NCBI RefSeq assembly: GCF_001194135.2
Contig: NC_068987.1
Location: 56,962,088-57,012,379 of the forward strand
Direction of reading: 5' to 3'
Origin: Octopus bimaculoides
Lineage: Eukaryota
Length of the DNA stretch: 50,292 bases
Below are positions 1 to 9,464 of the stretch, piece by piece (position 1 is the first letter of the stretch; the number at the start of each line of letters is the position of its first letter). A model generated the notes under the pieces. It was given only the letters and a program-made list of their open reading frames with translations. It was not told where the DNA came from and made no database searches. A program made the translations under genes and the position numbers.

Positions 1-624
1 TGGTGACCTTTCAAAGTTTTAGAAAGTAGGAAGGAAGAAATAAGACAAAGGGGGTGGGTGCGGTCATTACAGAAAAATAAAAAAGAGTTCAAAGTTCAAA
101 CTCCTATGAAAATGTATAATCCTTTACACTGTACAGCCAAGTCCCATATGCTATGTCATTCAATGTTTTGCATCAACAAACATCAAATATTAGTACAATA
201 TTCACAAATTAGGAAAATAAAGTCAAAATATTAAAAAAATAATTTTGCACTGCTTATAATTCAACCTATTCTCTATCTACATTTAATCAAACCTCATAAA
301 TGAGTTTTGTAAGTATATTGTATATTTAGCTGGAAGCCATTCTGTAGGATACAAATTATATAATAAAGCAGGGACAGCTTAAATATATTGTTTTTAGTAT
401 CTTTCATCCTTTTGTAGGGTTTATTTTTCTTTTTCTTGCTTGCATGGAGAATTAAAAAAAGATCTTTTTCACAAATTACTTTGCCATGTAGCTACATTAC
501 ATATCTTTCCTAATCAGTGATAAACACAATAATAAATTCCTTTTTTAGGGAGAAAATATCACAATCGCGCACCAGACCCGACACAACAGAACATTTCAAT
601 GAGCACACTGAAGATGTAGATCCG

Positions 625-802
625 AAGATCACAAATTTGTGAAATAGAAACCTCAACAAGAATGAGATGAATCTCCTACTGAAAGGTTTCAAATTTACCC
701 CGACACCCACTCCTAATCTCATTGAACTATGGCCACCTCCGGCTAATAGAATTCTTCGGTAATAAAGATATAAATGACGAGTCAATTGCCAGAAATAAAT
801 CT
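625..802 (+). pseudogene. Penelope-like retroelement ORF N-terminal remnant
   Basis: Manual translation gives KITNL*NRNLNKNEMNLLLKGFKFTPTPTPNLIEL, then after a frameshift/deletion LRLIEFFGNKDINDESIARNKS. This matches the N-L-S...L-x-K-G-L-x-F-x-P-T-P and R-K-L-R-L-x-E-Y-F motifs that precede Penelope RTs. Confidence 0.7.
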
Positions 803-1430
803 CACTGAATATTTTTTTTTTATTATAAAGCGACTTGTATTTTTTAATTAAATTTATTTTACCATTAATTAATTTACTCTGGGTATACATGTTTTCTTCC
901 TTCTAATTAAAGTTAATTTTGATTTAAGGTTCTCTTCAATTTTACATAATATGATTTTAAAATTATATTTTAATTTTATGTATATCACCGGTTCTTAAAA
1001 AGACCGTTAGTTGAAAAGGATCACTGAAACGAAGCCAATTTTCAAATGTGTATCTGTCAATGTAAATTGTATATTTATAAATATAACATTAATTTTCAGG
1101 TTGAGATACTAAAATTTTCCCTATCCTTGTCCTAATTCGACTGGAAACTCACGGACGCAGATTCGAACGTACACCAACGACATAAAGCATCGTAAACAAA
1201 GCCGCTTAATATTTCGACGGAATCCAACATTATAGCCTATACATAATTGAAAAGTTTCTGATATAAAAAGAACCAGCGATAAAAATTCAAACAGATCCAA
1301 AAATGTGAAAAATCATTACGGTATAAAATGTGATAAAAATACAAAATTTAATATAAAAGATCACTGTATGAAATAAATCTATGTTAACTTAGAAATTTTA
1401 AATTGGGTTTAATATTTTTGGAAATACTTT

Positions 1431-1824
1431 TGTAGTGACGCCTAAATAGCAGACGACATTTTCGGAGTTTCTATCCACGCATGCGCAGGGACTAGTTCAG
1501 GTAGGAATACAGGAAGAGTCTCATGCGCATGCGTAGTCATCGATATCCAAGCTTCGCGCGGTTTTTCATTCTCTTTCTCGCCGGCCGACGAAGGGCCCAG
1601 ACGTCGAAGCACCTCTCTCCAACATTCCAACTCTGGAGCGAGACAAATAACCACTCAACATCATTGACGGCGTCTCAGCAACCAAAGGGCGAAGTGCTGC
1701 CTATTTCCTCTGTAAATAAATATTGTTGTGTTGATAGTTCAGAATCTGCGTTCCGTTGTTTCTTCAAGAAATTTAATGAACGGAAGCGGGTATACACCTA
1801 ATGGTGTATAACCACTTCCCTACA
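1431..1824 (+). repeat. 5' LTR (394 bp)
   Basis: TG...CA termini, an AATAAA at about 1715, and near identity to the 3' LTR. Confidence 0.92.
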
Positions 1825-1826
1825 AT

Positions 1827-1838
1827 TGGTGACCCCGA
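1827..1838 (+). promoter_or_regulatory. Primer-binding site complementary to the tRNA-Trp 3' end
   Basis: TGGTGACCCCGA lies 2 nt after the LTR and is the reverse complement of the conserved animal tRNA-Trp end ...UCGGGGUCACCA. Confidence 0.85.
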
Positions 1839-2594
1839 GTAAGAACAACAGCAGCCGAAATTCTGAGCTACCGACCGACAATACTACACGAGCCGTCACC
1901 ACTCAACATGCTCGTCACAGAATGAGAATGCACACAATCACTCGCATCAGCTTATTCCACAGCTGCAGGACTTTCTCTTGGTCATCACACGGTACTTCCC
2001 TACAATTGATGACCCCGAATAAAGAACAACTGCAGCCGGAAATTCTGATCTGCCGACCAATAATACTACAATTGGTACCCCAAGCTAAAAGATCTACAGA
2101 CCTCGTTTCAACAGCCAATGAATTCGTATGTTTCGCGACGTTCAACTTCAGGATTGCCTCTACATTCTCATCCATCACAAGTGAAAAGCTAAATAAATTT
2201 TCCTACGTTAAAGTTTTTCATTTTGTCAATGACTTCCAGAGCCTATAACCGAAGACTTCTTTACGGCTGAGACCTTTGTGGTTTTTCACACAAAAACTTC
2301 ACGGTTATTTCATCCTAACAACTTTTTGAGCAGTTTCCTATATGTTTCACGAGACGTCAATGCATTCTTACACAGCGTCCTCTACTTGCTGAAAATAGCA
2401 ATAAAATGCACAGTTACATTTCAGTGAGTACATAACATTTGTTGATGCTTACTTGTTCCCAGTTCGGCATATTTCGTCACCTCTCAGTTTCTCTCGGCCG
2501 GAGAATGGAAGAGTTACTGGCTTATCTTCATTTGCACGGGATCTTTTGGTCATTTTCGCTCGCAGCTCCGAATTCATGACAGCATTTTCCAGCA

Positions 2595-2822
2595 ATGCCA
2601 CTCAACGGCACCTCTCAAATAGACGCCCTGTCAAATTTCTCTCTCCTGATACGCACCACCAGCTACCATCCCGCTTCTAATGGGATGGTTGAGCGTTTTC
2701 ATAGGCAATTTAAGGCTGCCTTACACGCTTCGCCCAACCTGCAGTCTTGGGTTGAATTTCTTCAAGGTCGACGCTAATGGTCGTACAGAGATTGTGTCTG
2801 TCGACCGTCTGAAAAAGCGTAC
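2595..2822 (+). pseudogene. Gypsy integrase remnant
   Basis: RTTSYHPASNGMVERFHRQFKAAL is the DDE core with the catalytic E, followed after a deletion by IVSVDRLKK (the C-terminal VSxDRLKP motif). Confidence 0.85.
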
Positions 2823-3424
2823 CTTGACAAACCCTCAACTTTCGTGTACGACGTGCCCNNNNNNNNNNNNNNNNNNNNNNNNNNNNNNNNNNNNNNNNNN
2901 NNNNNNNNNNNNNNNNNNNNNNNNNNNNNNNNNNNNNNNNNNNNNNNNNNNNNNNNNNNNNNNNNNNNNNNNNNNNNNNNNNNNNNNNNNNNNNNNNNNN
3001 NNNNNNNNNNNNNNNNNNNNNNNNNNNNNNNNNNNNNNNNNNNNNNNNNNNNNNNNNNNNNNNNNNNNNNNNNNNNNNNNNNNNNNNNNNNNNNNNNNNN
3101 NNNNNNNNNNNNNNNNNNNNNNNNNNNNNNNNNNNNNNNNNNNNNNNNNNNNNNNNNNNNNNNNNNNNNNNNNNNNNNNNNNNNNNNNNNAACAAAAAAA
3201 TCAGATTTTTACATCGCGTGATTCCAGTTTCCTGGACAGTTGTCATCACGGTTGTTTTGTCATTGTCAATTCTTTTGTACATTGCATGCATGTATCTCAC
3301 AAGTGTATATTCATTTCTTTGATTTTTCTTTGTGTGTGTTTGTGCCACATCTTGTGGGTGGTTTCGGTGGTCATCTTGACTCAGGCGTCCATCCAAATTT
3401 TCTATTTTCGTGCTTTTGGCACTC

Positions 3425-3433
3425 GAGGGGGAG
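3425..3433 (+). promoter_or_regulatory. Polypurine tract
   Basis: GAGGGGGAG lies 3 nt upstream of the 3' LTR start. Confidence 0.8.
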
Positions 3434-3436
3434 CCA

Positions 3437-3936
3437 TGTAGTAACGCCTTAATAGCAGACATTTTCGGAGTTTCTATCCACGCATGCGCAGGGACTAGTT
3501 CCGGTAGGAATACAGGAAGAGTCTCATACGCATGCGTAGTCATCGATATCCAAGCTTCGCGCGGTTTTTCATTCTCTTTCTCGCCGGCCGACGAAGGGCC
3601 CAGACGTCGAAGCACCTCTCTCCAACATTCNNNNNNNNNNNNNNNNNNNNNNNNNNNNNNNNNNNNNNNNNNNNNNNNNNNNNNNNNNNNNNNNNNNNNN
3701 NNNNNNNNNNNNNNNNNNNNNNNCCTATCTCCAACATTCCAACTCTGGAGCGAGACAAATAACCACTCAACATCATTGACGGCGTCTCAGCAACCAAAGG
3801 GCGAAGTGCTGCCTATTTCCTCTGTAAATAAATATTGTTGTGTTGATAGTTCAGAATCTGCGTTCCGTTGTTTCTTCAAGAAATTTAATGTACGGAAGCG
3901 GGTATACACCTAATGGTGTATAACCACTTCCCTACA
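3437..3936 (+). repeat. 3' LTR (about 391 bp real length, inflated by a spurious 93-N gap)
   Basis: Aligns to the 5' LTR with about 5 substitutions and one 3-bp deletion. The sequence CTCCAACATTC is duplicated across the gap. Confidence 0.9.
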
Positions 3937-4656
3937 CTTTAAAGAACAAGAGAAATACAAAAAGGATATATCTATTTTGTTGGCGTGTCTATTACTTGTG
4001 CGTGTAAATGTATAGAAAATTGGTGCCGCAGAATGTGTATTATAAATTATCTATGTAGGGATGGGTCGACAAGAGTGCGAGGAAGAATCGGGTCACATAC
4101 TATTAAAACTCATTGAACTCAAACCAGTTGCTAATTGCTGGCCCCCTTTTTCTTTTATCCGCAGATTACTGATTCTATGGTTTGGGTCATAAGTAAGTCA
4201 ACTTTTAATTTGACCCTTTCCCACAGTTAATCTTGCAGATAACACCGGTTGTATTGTTGCTGAGGTGTGGTAGTTTCAGGAAGTAGGCGTTGGAAATTTT
4301 CTGATTTGGGGGATTGGGACACACACACACACATGAACATTTATATATAGTATGCCAGGAATTTTCATCAGGTGATTCAAACTAATAGGTATGCTCTCTG
4401 AGTGCACAATTTGGTATGTCACTAAAATTCCAGTTTGAACTGCAGTTGAACATGTAATGCTCAGACTGCCTTTCTGAAGCGGCTAGGAGTGGCTTCTCCT
4501 TTAGTAGATAGGTATAGATTAAAATAGAAATGAGAAGAGCAACCCTTTGGAGACTTCACAAGGACATTTAATTTAGATATATAATAAAAAGGTAAACATA
4601 GTCACTATCAGCTGTTTCTAGAATATCCAAGTTATTGGAACATCGTCCCGGACGAA

Positions 4657-4686
4657 GTTTCCATACCTCGAGTATTCCATCATCAG
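4657..4686 (-). ncRNA. Degenerate hammerhead-ribozyme-like core (Penelope type)
   Basis: The minus strand reads CUGAUGA-UGGAAUAC-UCGAG-GUAUG-GAAAC. Stem II AUAC/GUAU is present, but the closing pair and stem I are defective. Confidence 0.45.
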
Positions 4687-5313
4687 AGATGGAGAGGTTA
4701 AACAGATATAATAGTGAAGGATTACTCATCATTAATATTATTGTAGTTCATTTTGTCGAGAAAGGGAGGAGAAATATAATCAAAAATCCAATTAAAATAT
4801 GTATTCGTCAGGTATAACAAATGAAAAAAACCAGTAATGTCTATGACTAGAATTTTTTAAAAAAGAGAGAGAGAATGGTTTGATTATAATCCATGGCAGT
4901 GGGGGGAGTTGTCACCAGTTCCAATGCTGGATAGTCTCTAATCGACTAGCCCCTTCCCCCAAAATTACTGGCCTTATGCCAGAATTTGAAACCGTACATA
5001 ATACATGTATGTGTGTATCAGTGGCGACTCCGGCACTCGGGTTGCTTCGGCTTAGCCCGAGTATAAACTTAGTTAAGTGAACGTGTACTTGCAAGTCAAA
5101 ATTGTAGACAACGGTTATTCAGAAGTAGAAAGCACATCGTCAAGTTTTAAAAACAAATTTTGATATTAATGTTGATTTTCTTGAACCAGCTCATTCAAGT
5201 AAAACTCAAAATTTTGATGAGCCACCTGTTAAAGCTGCAAAATATGAAGATAAATCAGTGGCTAAGATCTCAGAAGCTAAATTTATAAAAAGCAAATATT
5301 TTATATAAAAATA

Positions 5314-5598
5314 TGCAGTGGCGCGAAATTATGGTCGCCATTAAAGAAGTACAATCTACGCATGCGCAAGGGACTTGCCTTCCCAGAAGCCCCTCGAGTG
5401 CGCATGCGTAGTAAAACCAGTACTTAAAGCGCTTCGCGCGCTTTCTAACCCGCTCTTTAGCGCGATGCCTTCGACGTGACAACATCTTGCTCCTCTGAGA
5501 TGCCTCAACGAAACTCTTAATATCCAGATGCCGATTACAATGTAACCAGCGGCTGCCAGGTTGAAATAACCCAGGATCCGTAAAGCCAAGCATCACCA
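5314..5598 (+). mobile_element. Divergent solo/partial Gypsy-like LTR
   Basis: GC- and CpG-rich island starting TGCAGTGGCG and ending CACCA. It shares ACGCATGCGCA(A)GGGAC, TGCGCATGCGTAGT and GCTTCGCGCG with the LTR at 1431. No clear TSD. Confidence 0.6.
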
Positions 5599-6892
5599 AA
5601 AGTAAAACTTATTTTTATTATGTTACTAATTGTTCTACTGTTTCCTTAATATATAATTTTGTTGAAAGGTGATAGAGAGAGACTAATGTCTCTATTGCAA
5701 CAATCAACCTTTTACAAATCTGATGTTTCAAAATAGATGTTTTGGAAGTTTCATCCAAATCAGCCTGTAATAAACATACCATTCACCAGCATTGGAATTT
5801 ACTATCGGCAAGGCATTCAGGGAATGCAGATTAACATGAAATGGGTGACATACAATGATGATAAAAAGACTTTGTATTGTTCTTTCTGTTTGATGTATGC
5901 ACTAGAGAAACGTCAAAACACACAGATGATCCAAGGCTGTTCCGAAAGGAGGCATGTCACACTAAGACTACTTGAGCACGAAAAGAGCCACTGTCACAAA
6001 CTTTCTACAGAAGTTAACTTCATGGATTCCAGTGAAAGGTTTATTAGGCACAGCCTTTTAAAAGAACAACTTTCGTTAAAATGACAGCAAGTGCTTCAGC
6101 TTCACTGTGTTGTAAAGTGTGTAATTGAATGTTTTCTACCTTACCACATAACTGATATCGTTTTCTACCTTACCACAGCAAACATAAAGAAGCTGTAGCA
6201 AATGTATTTGATGAAGACAATCTTGACAATCATGGTAATTTTCTAGAGGCTGTAATACTTCTTGCAGAATACAATCCAGATCTGCATGAGCACTTACAAA
6301 AAGTTGTTTAAAAAGGTTAAAGAACGGCGACCATTCCAAAAAGGGCATGGAAAATTCATAACCATCCTTAGTAAAACAACTGTGACAAAAATATTTAACA
6401 TTGTTTGCATGATTAAAAAAGAATTTGTCAAGGGGGTTAAAAATGCGGGTATGTTTTCAGTGCAAATTGATTCTACCTAAGATGTCTTTACTCATGATCG
6501 ACGTGCCATTGTTCTTAGCGAGTAAAGGAAAGACTGGTTTGTCTGGTAAATGTAGAGAACTCAAGTGGTAGAAGCTTACACACCTTGCTAAGTGATTCTC
6601 TTGCAGAGATAAATCTGACTCTAGAACAGTGCATTGGAGATTCATTTGACAGAGCTCTCAATATGAGTAGAATATATTCTGACCTTCGGGCATTTATGTA
6701 AGAAGCTTGCCCAAAGCATATCCACACTTAGTGTGATGCACATGTTCTAAATCTAGTAATTAGTAACACAAGCAGAGTGTGTGTTCCAACAGTGAGTCTT
6801 TTTGGCTTGCTTATCGAACTTTCTATATTTTTTTTTAGTGATTCTTATAAAAAGATTATGGTTTGGGAAAACCAAATAAAAACAAAAACAGG

Positions 6893-7065
6893 GGATCTTT
6901 TTTAAAACGGGGGCCACATTTTTCATTAACGAAACACTTTGAAACTTGGAACACTGGTAGAATGTGTCATATAAAACATCTTTTTCTCTTAGTCTTCTTT
7001 AAAAAAAAAAGAAATCCCTAAGTTATTCCATGTGGAAAACATCTTTTTCTCTTAGTCTTCTTTAA
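6893..7065 (+). mobile_element. Left arm of a MITE related to the element at 8571-9309
   Basis: Starts GGATCTTT and shares TTAACGAAACACTTT.AAACTTGG.ACACTGGTAGAATGTGTCATATAAAACA with 8606-8658. It runs into the assembly gap. Confidence 0.7.
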
Positions 7066-8570
7066 NNNNNNNNNNNNNNNNNNNNNNNNNNNNNNNNNNN
7101 NNNNNNNNNNNNNNNNNNNNNNNNNNNNNNNNNNNNNNNNNNNNNNNNNNNNNNNNNNNNNNNNNNNNNNNNNNNNNNNNNNNNNNNNNNNNNNNNNNNN
7201 NNNNNNNNNNNNNNNNNNNNNNNNNNNNNNNNNNNNNNNNNNNNNNNNNNNNNNNNNNNNNNNNNNNNNNNNNNNNNNNNNNNNNNNNNNNNNNNNNNNN
7301 NNNNNNNNNNNNNNNNNNNNNNNNNNNNNNNNNNNNNNNNNNNNNNNNNNNNNNNNNNNNNNNNNNNNNNNNNNNNNNNNNNNNNNNNNNNNNNNNNNNN
7401 NNNNNNNNNNNNNNNNNNNNNNNNNNNNNNNNNNNNNNNNNNNNNNNNNNNNNNNNNNNNNNNNNNNNNNNNNNNNNNNNNNNNNNNNNNNNNNNNNNNN
7501 NNNNNNNNNNNNNNNNNNNNNNNNNNNNNNNNNNNNNNNNNNNNNNNNNNNNNNNNNNNNNNNNNNNNNNNNNNNNNNNNNNNNNNNNNNNNNNNNNNNN
7601 NNNNNNNNNNNNNNNNNNNNNNNNNNNNNNNNNNNNNNNNNNNNNNNNNNNNNNNNNNNNNNNNNNNNNNNNNNNNNNNNNNNNNNNNNNNNNNNNNNNN
7701 NNNNNNNNNNNNNNNNNNNNNNNNNNNNNNNNNNNNNNNNNNNNNNNNNNNNNNNNNNNNNNNNNNNNNNNNNNNNNNNNNNNNNNNNNNNNNNNNNNNN
7801 NNNNNNNNNNNNNNNTAATTCAAAAACTTTTCAACAAATTTACATCAGCAACAGACCAGAAAAAAAAAACAATTTGAAGTTTCCTGTTCTAACAAGCATC
7901 AGAAGTAGATTTGCGCCTCATGAAAAACTTTATAAACAAATCTCTTGCTTCGACCCAACCAGATTCGATGACAAACTGACAGCTCCACAAAATGTTGATC
8001 TAAGTGTAATTGCTAATGCAGTTCCTGAAATGGACACCGTAGCACTACGTGAAGAGTTATTATCATTTGCTTCAAGTTATAAACAACTGAAAAAAAAAAG
8101 GACTGTTATGTGATATTGATGTCGGTGAGAGTCCCCCAACCGACCACTTGACAACCGGTATTGGTGTGACTACGTCCCCGTAATTTAGCGGTTCAGCAAA
8201 AAATTATTTCACATTTTCTTTAATCAATTGCAAGTTTAATTTAATTTTTTTTTCCTTTTCTCCATGCATGTTGCAATATTCCGGATTTTTGGTTGTTCTA
8301 AGAAATGAAAATAATGATTTACTCTTTCGTGTCATATAAATCTTTTGAACACACTTTTTACTGAGTTTTTTTCTGTATGCTGTTTTTCAGTCCTTTTCAC
8401 TTTTTTTTTATTGTCTTTTGAATTGGCAACCACAGTACCGAGAGTCTAAATCAAATAAATAAATAGGCATTCTTTCGCTAGAAACAATAAATGAAATACT
8501 TGCGAGACAAAATTAACAATAACCTTTTATTTCAGACAAATAATAATAATAATAAATCGTCAGGTATTAA

Positions 8571-9309
8571 GGATCTTTGGGGTTTGACGGGCAACACTTG
8601 TTTTCTTAACGAAACACTTTCAAACTTGGGACACTGGTAGAATGTGTCATATAAAACAACTTCTTAACCTTCTTAACAAAAAATTATACATCGCAAGTTA
8701 TTTCATGTTAAAGTTATCGTATTTCTGTAATTTCAACCAATCACTGACGTCTATTCAGCTGAATACAGTTACTGCTGTTCGGTGTCAAGTGTGTTATTCC
8801 CTGTTTAATTATATCATTATTCCCCAGTAAGGGTTTAGGGTTAGGGTTAGGGTGTTAGGGTTTTAGGGTTAGGGTGTTAGGGTGTTAGGGTTAGGGTTAT
8901 GGTTATGAGTTAAGGTTATGGCAAAAATAATCATAACCCTAACCGTAGTCCTAAAACTAACCCTAACTCTAAAACCCGAACCCTAACCCTAAAACCCTAA
9001 AGCTAAAACCAGTGCAAACGCACGAACGATGTCATAAATAAGAGTAACACGGGTAGTTGTTGACAAACAGCGGGACTAATTTTATTCAAGATCCCATGAC
9101 ACCGTTACGGCATTAATTGTTTTCACCTCAATAGACGTCAGTGATTGGTTGAAATTACCGAAATACGACAATTTTTTACATAAAATAACTTCGAATACAA
9201 AATTTTTTATCTGTTCTATACCACAAAATATACAAATATTCGAAGTTTGAAAGTGTTTCGGTACCAAAAACACTACAAAAAAATGTTGCCCGTCAAACCT
9301 CAAATATCC
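8571..9309. mobile_element. Non-autonomous fold-back DNA transposon (Merlin-like: GG termini, 8-bp TSD)
   Basis: Terminal 26-bp IR GGATCTTTGGGGTTTGACGGGCAACA matches at 24/26. Patchy inverted homology extends over about 220 bp. TSD GGTATTAA at 8563-8570 and 9310-9317. Confidence 0.8.
8828..9010. repeat. Inverted interstitial telomere-like arrays (TTAGGG)n then (CCCTAA)n
   Basis: 9 exact TTAGGG plus variants at 8828-8921, and 5 exact CCCTAA plus variants at 8933-9010. Confidence 0.9.
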
Positions 9310-9464
9310 GGTATTAAATACGTAATACTTTTATCAAGTCTATCCCGTTTTCTTCTCGGAAATTTACTTCCACTTTTTTACAATGCAGAAGTGCAGGTTA
9401 GCCTTCGATTTTACATACGCAGATTAAGCGGGTAAAAACAAACTCTCCCCAGAGTCCTGTGACC

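Larger units (their letters stand above)
1431..3936 (+). mobile_element. Non-autonomous (internally deleted) Ty3/Gypsy LTR retrotransposon
   Basis: Direct repeats TGTAG...CTACA at 1431-1824 and 3437-3936, a 4-bp TSD CTTT (1427-1430 and 3937-3940), a PBS, a PPT and an integrase remnant. The interior is only about 1.6 kb including a 332-N gap. Confidence 0.92.
5019..8113 (+). pseudogene. Decayed hAT transposase (ZMYM1-like/DUF4371 type), interrupted by a solo LTR, a MITE and a gap
   Basis: Translated fragments include KWVTYNDDKKTLYCSFC...HEKSHCH (TTF zinc finger), HGNFLEAVILLAEYNPDLHEHL, MFSVQIDST, CIGDSFD and VLNLVI, then RFAPHEKLYKQISCFDP after the gap. There are many stops and frameshifts. 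A candidate left end CAGTGGCGACTCC is at 5019; I found no convincing right end. Confidence 0.8.

Noticed and set aside
990-1032. Additional hammerhead-like strings (CTTAAAAAG...GAAACG here; CTGAAGATG...CGAAG at 608-627)
   Set aside because: The core bases or stem II are too degenerate to support a call.
4145-4226. Acceptor-exon-donor-like pattern
   Set aside because: The implied intron is only about 34 nt and there is no supporting reading frame.
6973-7065. 30-bp direct repeat next to the gap
   Set aside because: It sits at a contig end and is most likely an assembly artefact.
8122-8145. Right TIR of the ZMYM1-like hAT
   Set aside because: Only a weak match to the reverse complement of CAGTGGCGACTCC, and no TSD.
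8828-9010. A true ancestral chromosome end-to-end fusion site
   Set aside because: The arrays are short and lie inside a TIR- and TSD-bounded element, so transposition explains them better.
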